Origin: Bacilli bacterium
GTDB taxonomy: Bacteria > Bacillota_I > Bacilli_A > ML615J-28 > CAG-698
DNA: 64,000 nt
Direction of reading: 5' to 3'
Assembly (NCBI GenBank): GCA_017962745.1
Contig: JAGCUR010000013.1
Span: 1,046 to 65,045 of the forward strand
Under the pieces are notes generated by a model. That model did not search any database. It had not been told where the DNA came from and worked only from the letters and a program-made list of their open reading frames with translations. The translations under genes were made by a program, and so were the position numbers. Shown piece after piece: positions 30,537-39,169 of the stretch (positions are counted from its first letter, which is position 1; every line of letters starts with the position of its first letter).

Positions 30537-31718
30537 TTATTCTTTAGTATAATCATCAAAGTAACCTTGGATGTAAATAACTGGTGTACCTTTATCTCCT
30601 GATCCACTTGTTAAGTCGCATAAGCTACCAAGTAAATCAGTTAAGTTACGAGGTGTAGTACCAAGCGAGTTATGAGCATCTTTAGTCTTTGATTTATTTG
30701 ACTTAATATATTCAGTCATTGCGATTCTTGCTTCTTCACCTTTTAGGTTAGCAAATGTAGTATCAGCTAATAACTTGAATTTTAATTCATTAGGTTGACC
30801 AATTAAGCCTGATGTGAAGAATGGAGAAACAACTGGATCAGCTAATTCCCAAATCTTACCAAATGGATCTTTAAATGCTCCATCACCATAAATGAATACT
30901 TCTACAGTCTTACCATACTTTTCAAACATCTTCTTTTGAATAGCATCAACTGTACCTTGTGAATCTCTTGGGAATAATTTAATCTTACCATTTGATGCAT
31001 AGTTAGAACCAAGAACACCATAGTTTTGATTATATCCACTACCATCAACTGATGAAGTAAGAAAATCATCTAAGCCTAAAACTACTTTAGCGCCAGCTTC
31101 TTTTAAGATACGTTTAGTTCTAGCACGTGTATGGATGTCTCCACAAATGACTTTATCTGTGTATTTTAGAATGGCTGTTGCTTGATTAGCAAAAATAATC
31201 TTAATGTTAGGAGCAGCTTCGCTATATAATCTAACATAATCTGTTTTTGTGAATGGATGAAGTAAATCTTTACCAAATAAATCTCTAAATTCTTTTTCAG
31301 TAAATACTCTATCATATGGGTTTACATGATTATTATCTAAATCATCAAATGAAATGATTGGGTTACCTACTTCATCAGATGGATAACTTAGTTGAACGAT
31401 TAATTCATCTACTCCACTAGCAATTGCCTTTAACATTTCTAAGAAACGATTTCTACTTAAAATCGGAAATACTAAACCGACTGTTCCACTTCCCATTTTA
31501 TTTCTTACATCTTTTGAGAATTGTTCGATTGTAGCATAGTTACCTTGTGCTCTAGCTACAACTGATTCAGTAATACCAATAACATCACGGTCGCATACTT
31601 TAATACCACTTTCATCAATTGCTTTCATCAATGTATCACTAACAACTGATACAATGTCATCGCCCTCTTTAATAACGGGCATTCTTACACCTCTAACAAC
31701 AGTTCCAAAATAACGCAT
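30537..31718 (-). CDS. CofE-like (F420-0:gamma-glutamyl ligase family) protein of unknown function
   Basis: 393 aa. The N-terminus MPVIKEGDDIVSVVSDTLMKAIDESGIKVCDRDVIGITESVV resembles the CofE fold. Glycine-rich motif LGTTPRNLTDLLGSLCDLTSGSGDKGTP near the C-terminus. Confidence 0.5.
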   Translation of the reverse strand: MRYFGTVVRGVRMPVIKEGDDIVSVVSDTLMKAIDESGIKVCDRDVIGITESVVARAQGNYATIEQFSKDVRNKMGSGTVGLVFPILSRNRFLEMLKAIASGVDELIVQLSYPSDEVGNPIISFDDLDNNHVNPYDRVFTEKEFRDLFGKDLLHPFTKTDYVRLYSEAAPNIKIIFANQATAILKYTDKVICGDIHTRARTKRILKEAGAKVVLGLDDFLTSSVDGSGYNQNYGVLGSNYASNGKIKLFPRDSQGTVDAIQKKMFEKYGKTVEVFIYGDGAFKDPFGKIWELADPVVSPFFTSGLIGQPNELKFKLLADTTFANLKGEEARIAMTEYIKSNKSKTKDAHNSLGTTPRNLTDLLGSLCDLTSGSGDKGTPVIYIQGYFDDYTKE

Positions 31719-31737
31719 TTATTTATCCCCTTTTTCA

Positions 31738-32094
31738 TTAAATTCTTTCTACAGTTCTAGTCGCTACAATATCAACACCAAGTCCAAGGACGTTTTTAAT
31801 TACCGCGTCACCACATTTAATCGGTGCTTTAACACTTACTTTATTAATTTCAGTCATCACATCAAAGATTTTACCTTTAGGAATTGGCGAGGCTGTTGCT
31901 ACCGGTAAGCGAATTATTTCTCCATCAGTAATTTTGACTGTGGAAGAAATCATTCTAGTTGGGTTAGTAACTTCGGCTATGCCGTAAGCTTTACCTCTAG
32001 CGCAAGAATTACCAGTTACATTTAAGTTTTCATCTACTTCTAAATGGCATCCTCTAGGACAACTAATACATATAAGTTTTCTTACTTCGCTCAT
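31738..32094 (-). CDS. DUF1667 domain protein
   Basis: 118 aa. CxxC...C motif ICISCPRGCHLEVDENLNVTGNSCARG. Conserved partner of GlpA-like FAD oxidoreductases. Confidence 0.75.
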   Translation of the reverse strand: MSEVRKLICISCPRGCHLEVDENLNVTGNSCARGKAYGIAEVTNPTRMISSTVKITDGEIIRLPVATASPIPKGKIFDVMTEINKVSVKAPIKCGDAVIKNVLGLGVDIVATRTVERI

Positions 32095-33341
32095 TATTCT
32101 TCCACCTCCAATGTAACATTATCTAGGTTAGTTAAGATACTAGAATCAATCTTAACATTTTCCATTTCTGATGGAATCATATAAAGTTTCTTAACTCTCT
32201 TAATTTCTTTATCGCCTTGTTTTACAACTAAATAACAATTCTTAAGTGGCTTTCTAACTCTAAATGAAATACTAGCCCCATTAGAATTAATCGATTGTGG
32301 TAAAACATAACCGATTAGATTTCCATTAACTACTTTAATCTTTGGTAAATCTTCTAATTCACCTTTAATATATTTAGCACAGTTTTCACCAGCTTTAGTA
32401 CCTTCAATACTTACGAAGTCTACAAGGTCATGAACATGTAACCCATTTCCGCACGCAAATACACCTGGAATCGATGTCTGTAAATTAGAATCAACTACGG
32501 CCCCTTTAGTAAGCGGGTCAATTTTAACTCCAGCTTCTGTAAGTAGATTAATTGAAGGAATTAAACCAACTGATAAAAGTAATGTATCGCATTCAATTTC
32601 GCGATCTGTCCCTGGTACAAATTGCAATTTATCATCAACTTCGCAAAGAATGATTTTTTCTAACCTATCTTTACCAATAATATCTTTTACAGTGTGATGT
32701 AAGTAAAGTGGAATATCATAATCATTTAGACACTGCACGATATTTCTGTTTAAGCCATTTGAATATGGCATGATTTCCGCTACACCGATAACATTAGCGC
32801 CTTCTAGCTTCATACGTCTAGCCATGATTAAACCAATATCACCACTACCTAAAATGAATACATTATTACCAATCTTTAATCCATCTACATTTAAATACTT
32901 TTGGGCAACTCCGGCACACATTACACCACTTGGTCTATCGCCTGGAGTATTGATAGCGCCTCTTGTTCTTTCAATACAACCTGCAGCCATGATAATTGAT
33001 TTAGTAGCCACTCTTAAATAACCATCGGAAGCATTTGAATAAGTAACAAATAACTGGCCATTATCATTTTCAATCTTTAGAACCATTGATTGAAGTTTAT
33101 AATTAATACCTCTATCTTTTACTTGTTTAATAAACCTCTCCGCATAAGCTGGTCCTGTTAGTTCTTCTTTAAATGTTTGAAGACCAAATCCAGAATGAAT
33201 GCACTGAAGTAATATTCCTCCTAGAAAATCACCTTTTTCTAGAATCAAGATATCTTTAATACCATTATCATAAGCCGATATAGCGGCAGCTAAACCTGCT
33301 GACCCACCACCGACAATAATTACATCATATGATTTTTTCAT
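32094..33341 (-). CDS. FAD/NAD(P)-binding pyridine nucleotide-disulfide oxidoreductase family protein
   Basis: 415 aa. N-terminal GxGxxG VIIVGGGSAGLAAA and a second Rossmann motif ILGSGDIGL. Confidence 0.8.
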   Translation of the reverse strand: MKKSYDVIIVGGGSAGLAAAISAYDNGIKDILILEKGDFLGGILLQCIHSGFGLQTFKEELTGPAYAERFIKQVKDRGINYKLQSMVLKIENDNGQLFVTYSNASDGYLRVATKSIIMAAGCIERTRGAINTPGDRPSGVMCAGVAQKYLNVDGLKIGNNVFILGSGDIGLIMARRMKLEGANVIGVAEIMPYSNGLNRNIVQCLNDYDIPLYLHHTVKDIIGKDRLEKIILCEVDDKLQFVPGTDREIECDTLLLSVGLIPSINLLTEAGVKIDPLTKGAVVDSNLQTSIPGVFACGNGLHVHDLVDFVSIEGTKAGENCAKYIKGELEDLPKIKVVNGNLIGYVLPQSINSNGASISFRVRKPLKNCYLVVKQGDKEIKRVKKLYMIPSEMENVKIDSSILTNLDNVTLEVEE

Positions 33342-34759
33342 TATTTGCCCTCCTTAGTAGGTCCAAGCACGATATATGAATTAGCATTAGCATACATGAT
33401 ATCTTCTGGATTCTTATTAAGTTCTTTAGCTAAAATATCTAAAACAATTGCTTGGCAGAATCCGCCTTGGCATCTACCCATTCCTGGGCGGCATCTTCTC
33501 TTAACGCCTTTAATAGTTGTAGCTCCGCAATTTCTTCTAATGCAATCTAAGATTTCACCTTCTGATACTGCTTCGCATCTACAAACGATACGACCAAATT
33601 TAGGATCCTTTTTGATCAATGCATCGCGTTCTTCGATGCTCATCTCTTCCATTCTAATTACTTTTCTCCTAGATGGCTTAAACTGAGGATTAACTTCTTT
33701 ATCTTTGATAAATTCACTAACCATCTTAGCAATAGCAGGTGATGCAGTCAGTCCTGGTGATTCAATACCTGCCGCATTAATAAAGCCATCTGCTTCATTA
33801 ATAATAAAGTCATGAGTATCACCAACTGCTCTTAAACCAGCAAATTCAGTAATTTGTTCACGATATGGAATATTATCAACTAGTCTAGTCGCATTAGTTC
33901 TAACATTATCTAAGACATCTTTATTAGTTCTTACACTATCAAATTCTTCAATAAATTCACTAGATGGTCCTACTAAATAATTATCATGAGTAGTAGGAGA
34001 TACTAGTACACCTTTACCTTTATCGCTAGGGACATTAAATAAAGTATGTTTTACATATCCATTTTGGAAATGATCTAAAACATAATATTCACCACGTCTA
34101 GGTCTAACGCTAAATGTATGTGGATTTACTAAATCATTGATCTTAGATGAATATACACCAGCGGCATTAACTACATACTTTGCAAAGTATTCGCCTTTGT
34201 TAGTTGTAATAATGAAGCCATTATCTTTTTTAATGCTAACTACTTCTTCAGCTAAATGTAAGCTAACACCATTATCCATAGCATTTTCCATTGCCGCTAC
34301 AACTAATTCAAATGGATTGACAATACCAGCTGTTGGGCAAAGTAAGCCACCTTTAGCACTTGCAGTAATATTAGGTTCAATTTCTTTTAATTCTTTTTCA
34401 TCTAATACTTTATAAGGTACACCGTTTGCTTCACTTCTTTTCGCAAGTTCAGCAAGCGTTACTAATTCTTCTTCGCTATTAGCAACAGTAATTGAGCCAA
34501 TTCTTCTAAACTGAACATCAAGTTCCTTACACATTGCTTCATACATCTTATTTCCTTCCACGTTAAGCTTTGCTTTAAGCGTACCTGGAACTGGATCATA
34601 TCCAGAATGCACAATTGCACTATTAGCGCCACTGGCACCACAGCCAACATCGATTTCTTTTTCTAGTACTAAGATATTTAATTTATATTTAGATAATTCT
34701 CGAGCACATAGTGCACCAATTACACCAGCACCGATTATGATACAATCATATCTATTCAT
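33341..34759 (-). CDS. FAD-dependent oxidoreductase (anaerobic glycerol-3-phosphate dehydrogenase GlpA-like) with C-terminal BFD-like [2Fe-2S] domain
   Basis: 472 aa. CIIIGAGVIGALCA GxGxxG motif. C-terminal CRCEAVSEGEI...CRPGMGRCQGGFC. Confidence 0.8.
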   Translation of the reverse strand: MNRYDCIIIGAGVIGALCARELSKYKLNILVLEKEIDVGCGASGANSAIVHSGYDPVPGTLKAKLNVEGNKMYEAMCKELDVQFRRIGSITVANSEEELVTLAELAKRSEANGVPYKVLDEKELKEIEPNITASAKGGLLCPTAGIVNPFELVVAAMENAMDNGVSLHLAEEVVSIKKDNGFIITTNKGEYFAKYVVNAAGVYSSKINDLVNPHTFSVRPRRGEYYVLDHFQNGYVKHTLFNVPSDKGKGVLVSPTTHDNYLVGPSSEFIEEFDSVRTNKDVLDNVRTNATRLVDNIPYREQITEFAGLRAVGDTHDFIINEADGFINAAGIESPGLTASPAIAKMVSEFIKDKEVNPQFKPSRRKVIRMEEMSIEERDALIKKDPKFGRIVCRCEAVSEGEILDCIRRNCGATTIKGVKRRCRPGMGRCQGGFCQAIVLDILAKELNKNPEDIMYANANSYIVLGPTKEGK

Positions 34760-35381
34760 TTTCCACCTCGCTACAAAATTTTGTTAAGTCATCATAACTT
34801 ACTTTCGTAACATCATATAGGTCTTTTTTATAAGTAGTAATAATGCTTAGGTAATCATCAAAACAAAGAGCTACTTGTTTAGATGAATTTAAAATATCAT
34901 TAATTGATTCTTTAGTTAGATTAGAGCCAATCCCTTCACCCGTCATCTTAAAGAAGCTTTCTTTACGAACAAAACAGTCAATTAAATATTCGCTACCTTT
35001 ATGTTCATTATAAAATTCATATTCTTCTTTAGTTAGGATTCTTGTGGCGATCTTATCATCGATGTTTCTTTTCTTTTCTAGATCAATACCAACTGGGTTA
35101 TTTGATACTGCTACCATTACAGCCCCAACCGTATGGGTAATTGAAAAATAAACATCGCTTGCATGAGGCTTACCCGCCTCATCATATGCATATTGCTTAG
35201 GAACATCAAAACCATATTCATAAAATGCATATTGAAGTAAAACTTCAGCCGCAATGCGCTCTATTTTCACTTCTTCATTAGTGATTAGTTTAAGTTTTTC
35301 TTTCCTAACATCAGAAAATACTTTTTCAAACTTATCATCAATTTTAAAATCATTTAATTTTAAATAATAAATATTTACCAT
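34752..35381 (-). CDS. 4'-phosphopantetheinyl transferase (Sfp type)
   Basis: 209 aa. FSITHT...GIDLE motif pair characteristic of the PPTase superfamily. Confidence 0.7.
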   Translation of the reverse strand: MVNIYYLKLNDFKIDDKFEKVFSDVRKEKLKLITNEEVKIERIAAEVLLQYAFYEYGFDVPKQYAYDEAGKPHASDVYFSITHTVGAVMVAVSNNPVGIDLEKKRNIDDKIATRILTKEEYEFYNEHKGSEYLIDCFVRKESFFKMTGEGIGSNLTKESINDILNSSKQVALCFDDYLSIITTYKKDLYDVTKVSYDDLTKFCSEVENE

Positions 35382-35416
35382 CTATATCACCACAATAAAT
35401 CATTATACTATTTTTT

Positions 35417-36241
35417 TTAAATTACTCCATAATTTTCTAGTGCTTTTTTAACACCATGATTATCATTAGTATCAGTTACAAACTTTGCGACCTTTTTTAC
35501 TTCTTCTACGCTATTACCCATCGCAATACCGTAGGCAGCATCTCTAACTAATTCGTAATCATTCATCGAATCACCAAAGGCCATTATCGCATCTTCTTCA
35601 ATACCATATAGCTTAGCTACTTCATATAAGCCTTTATATTTATTTGATTCTTTTTTGATTACTTCAATAAAGCATGGCATTGATACCATCACATTAAAAT
35701 AAGGTTCAATCTTTTCTTTAATTAGCGGGAATAGTTTTGCAATAATATCTGGGTCAGCATCAATCATAAATTTACAAGCATCATTGATACCACTATCTAA
35801 GAAGTCACCAATAAATAATTTATTCTTATTTAATCTTACTTCTAAATCTAGATATTCATTGTTAGCTGTTGCATATACATTACCATTATGGTGAACGCAT
35901 AATGCTAAGTTACTAACATCGATTGTCTTTTCCAGATCTTTGATCGCTTTTTTTACTATATCCATAATAAAGAATAGTTCATCTTTATTTAAACTATTCT
36001 CGTAAACTATTTCTTCAGTTTTTATATCGTAAATTACCGTGCCGTTATATGCACAAAAGTAACCATCGCTAATACCTAAATCGTTATAGTATTCTTTAGT
36101 TCTTTTAGAAAATGGTCTACCAGAACAAAGTACTACTTTAACCCCATTAGCAATTGCTTTTTTAACCGCTTCTAAATCTAAGATATTTTTATTAGAATCT
36201 AAAAGCGTATCATCTAAATCAAAACCAATTAATTTAATCAT
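35417..36241 (-). CDS. Cof-type HAD-IIB family hydrolase (sugar-phosphate phosphatase-like)
   Basis: 274 aa. Motif I FDLDDTLL. C-terminal GDSMNDYEL. Confidence 0.85.
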   Translation of the reverse strand: MIKLIGFDLDDTLLDSNKNILDLEAVKKAIANGVKVVLCSGRPFSKRTKEYYNDLGISDGYFCAYNGTVIYDIKTEEIVYENSLNKDELFFIMDIVKKAIKDLEKTIDVSNLALCVHHNGNVYATANNEYLDLEVRLNKNKLFIGDFLDSGINDACKFMIDADPDIIAKLFPLIKEKIEPYFNVMVSMPCFIEVIKKESNKYKGLYEVAKLYGIEEDAIMAFGDSMNDYELVRDAAYGIAMGNSVEEVKKVAKFVTDTNDNHGVKKALENYGVI

Positions 36242-37136
36242 TTTCTATTTCTTCAATCTTTAATTCTAAATCGGTAGTGCGAACAAATTCTTGATTTAAT
36301 TTCTTTGATGTAGCTGATAAACTTTGAAGGCTAGCAAAGCTTGAAGCAATACCCCATTGTAATTGTTCATCAAATACACAATCTAGTTTAGCAGCAAACC
36401 CGGCAAGTAGAGCGTCTCCTGCTCCGTTTGTATTAACAGGAGTAATTACTTTGTGAGTTACCTTATATAAGCCACTTGGATCTTGATATAAAAGCCCTTG
36501 GTCGCCTAAGCTTACGATAACGCTTTTAACACCAGCGCTTCTTAAAGCTTTGCAAATCTTAAGCGGATCTTTTTCGCCAGTTAAAGCTTCACCTTCAAGT
36601 GGTGTAACTTTAAGCATATATATTTGATCTAAGAATGGCTTTAGTTTAATCGCTTTTGCTGAAGATATCGCATCTACAATCTTACGATTATCTTGGTCAA
36701 ATAAAAATTCGAGAACGGATTCGTTAAAGTTTGTATCGATGATGAAGATATCATCTGGTCTAAATGGAATATTGTGAACATCGCTTTTTGTTAATAGTTC
36801 GTAACTTTCCATTGAAGCAAGCCCAAAATATAAATCATTATTATCATCGATTACATTTAGATAACTTGATTGTGGTTTATTTGTTATTTTACAAAATTGT
36901 AATCTAATTCCAAGACTTGCTAAGCTATTAAACATCGCTTGACTAATCTCATCTGAACTAAATACGCTGACAAAGAATACTTCGCAGCCAAGCCTAGCCA
37001 AGTTTTCCGCGATGTTTCTGCCAACGCCACCATAACTAAAAGAAATTTTACCAATGTTTGAATCGTGCAAAACTAGTCCAGAAGGTACAGTAACATTGAT
37101 ATCTACATTAGCTCCACCAAATACAAAATAACGCAT
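36234..37136 (-). CDS. PfkB family carbohydrate/nucleoside kinase
   Basis: 300 aa. N-terminal GG motif FGGANVDI. C-terminal TNGAGDALLAGF anion-hole motif. Confidence 0.8.
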   Translation of the reverse strand: MRYFVFGGANVDINVTVPSGLVLHDSNIGKISFSYGGVGRNIAENLARLGCEVFFVSVFSSDEISQAMFNSLASLGIRLQFCKITNKPQSSYLNVIDDNNDLYFGLASMESYELLTKSDVHNIPFRPDDIFIIDTNFNESVLEFLFDQDNRKIVDAISSAKAIKLKPFLDQIYMLKVTPLEGEALTGEKDPLKICKALRSAGVKSVIVSLGDQGLLYQDPSGLYKVTHKVITPVNTNGAGDALLAGFAAKLDCVFDEQLQWGIASSFASLQSLSATSKKLNQEFVRTTDLELKIEEIEND

Positions 37137-37145
37137 GGTCCCCTC

Positions 37146-38027
37146 CTAATCGATATTAATTAACTCGTATGCTCTTTCACCAAAACCAAGTCTTGATGCA
37201 GCATCTAAAATATATTCACCATTTTGACGATTTACACGCGCCATGAAATGGTCTTTTCCTTTATCATTTGATTTCTTTACTAAATCAATACATGCTTGAT
37301 CAATCGCAATTGGATCAGTTGATGCTAGGATACCAATATCTGCCATGCATGGATCTTCTGCTACTTCGCAACAATCACAGTCAACCGATAAATTGCACAT
37401 AATATTAATATATACTACTTTATCTTTAAATAAATTATGTACTGCACTTGCCGCATCAGCCATTGATTCTAAGAAAGCATTTTGCGGAGGTAAATCATTC
37501 CACAAGTTATATTGGTCGCAAGTTCTACCAGCTGAATGAATATAAGCTTTACCAGCACTTGATGCACAACCAATTGAAAGTTGCTTTAAAGCCCCACCAA
37601 AGCCACCCATTGGGTGCCCTTTAAAGTGTGAGCATACTAATAAGCTATCATAGTTAAGTAAGTTTTTACCAACATAGTCTTTTTTAATAGTAATCCCATT
37701 TGGGATATCTAACTCTACATCAGGTCCTACTTCATCCATTAAATCTACTTTATAATATTTAGTCCATTCATGCTCAGCTAATAACTTTAAATGTTTATCT
37801 GATTCATTTCTAGCTCCACCGTATGCCGTATTACACTCAACAACGGTTCCGCCAACTAGTTTAACTAGTTTTTCCATAAATTCAGGATGTAAATAGTTTT
37901 GGTTACCATGTTCTCCTGAATGTACTTTAAATGCTACTTTGCCTTCTAGTCTTTTTCCAACTTGATTAAATATTTTAACTAAACTGTCCGGTGTAATTTC
38001 TTTTGTAAAGTAAACTTTTGCTTTCAT
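37146..38027 (-). CDS. DUF362 domain protein (putative Fe-S cluster binding)
   Basis: 293 aa. Cys cluster CNLSVDCDCCEVAEDPC. Confidence 0.65.
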   Translation of the reverse strand: MKAKVYFTKEITPDSLVKIFNQVGKRLEGKVAFKVHSGEHGNQNYLHPEFMEKLVKLVGGTVVECNTAYGGARNESDKHLKLLAEHEWTKYYKVDLMDEVGPDVELDIPNGITIKKDYVGKNLLNYDSLLVCSHFKGHPMGGFGGALKQLSIGCASSAGKAYIHSAGRTCDQYNLWNDLPPQNAFLESMADAASAVHNLFKDKVVYINIMCNLSVDCDCCEVAEDPCMADIGILASTDPIAIDQACIDLVKKSNDKGKDHFMARVNRQNGEYILDAASRLGFGERAYELINID

Positions 38028-38111
38028 CTTATAACTCCTATATATTAATTTTACATTATCTAAAAATAATTGTTAATAAAAACATTTATTATAAGAAATA
38101 AAAATGTTTTC

Positions 38112-38149
38112 TTAAAAAACCAAAAAAGCCTTGGTTAGTATACCAAGGC
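38112..38149 (-). terminator. strong rho-independent terminator downstream of the MscS gene
   Basis: Perfect 8-bp stem GCCTTGGT/ACCAAGGC, followed by TTTTTTGGTTTTTT on the minus strand. Confidence 0.75.
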
Positions 38150-38157
38150 AATAGATT

Positions 38158-39168
38158 TTAATTTTTCTCTTCTAAATCTTTCGATAATTGTCTTTGTTCC
38201 TTAACAAAATTTTCTACTTCTTTATTGGAAGTAAAGTTTTGATCTTTCTTTTCTTCAAGTTTAGAAATAGTAACTTGAGGGAATGGAACATTAATTCCGT
38301 TTTCATCAAACATCATCTTAAGTTCTCTATTTAGCGCTCTTTTAACAATATATAAATCTTCTTCTTTACATTTAGCCATGAATAATAGGTTTACTGAAGA
38401 TGCAGCAAGCTCATCAACTCCTTTATAGAATGGTCCTTCGATAATTTCTGGAACATTTGCTCTAATTCTATCTAAGTTATCCATAATAACTTTTTCAACT
38501 TCTGGAATTGGTTTACCATATTCAATACCAATGTAAGCAACAGCGATTGATAATTGTTTAGTTTGGTTAACAATTGAAGCGATATGTGAATTGTTAACAA
38601 TCTTTACATTTCCACCCCAGTCGATAATCTTTGTAGTTCTAATACCAATTTCTTGAACTTCACCACGCCAGTTATCTACAACTACGATATCGCCAACTTC
38701 AAAATCACCTTCAAATACAATAAATACACCCGCAATAATATCGGCGATTAAGCTTTGAGCACCTAAACCTATAACTAATCCTAAAATTCCAGCACTAGCA
38801 AGTAGAGTTCTACCATCTACACCAAAAGCAGATAATATTAGAAGAATCGCTACAATCGCGATGGCATATTTAATAAAACTAGCAAGTAGCTTAACGATAG
38901 TTAAGCTTCTTTTGTTGTTAGCAAACAACTTTGTTAAGACAAATTTAAATACAATATAAATAATATATCCAAAAGTTATTATTTCAATTGATCTAATAAC
39001 TGCAGGAATCTTACGATATAGTGTATCAATTGCTTCATGCCCAACCGGGTTATTATTAAATATTGAATTTTCTGAGAATAGTTGTGTAGAAAATATAAAA
39101 CTTAAAACACATACTATAATACCTATAATTAGTAATACTAATCCTGTAACATTAATTTTCTTTTTCAT
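38158..39168 (-). CDS. mechanosensitive ion channel family protein (MscS-like)
   Basis: 336 aa. Three N-terminal TM helices and an MscS beta-domain region (GDxVxV...GxVxxI). Confidence 0.8.
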   Translation of the reverse strand: MKKKINVTGLVLLIIGIIVCVLSFIFSTQLFSENSIFNNNPVGHEAIDTLYRKIPAVIRSIEIITFGYIIYIVFKFVLTKLFANNKRSLTIVKLLASFIKYAIAIVAILLILSAFGVDGRTLLASAGILGLVIGLGAQSLIADIIAGVFIVFEGDFEVGDIVVVDNWRGEVQEIGIRTTKIIDWGGNVKIVNNSHIASIVNQTKQLSIAVAYIGIEYGKPIPEVEKVIMDNLDRIRANVPEIIEGPFYKGVDELAASSVNLLFMAKCKEEDLYIVKRALNRELKMMFDENGINVPFPQVTISKLEEKKDQNFTSNKEVENFVKEQRQLSKDLEEKN

Positions 39169-39169
39169 A

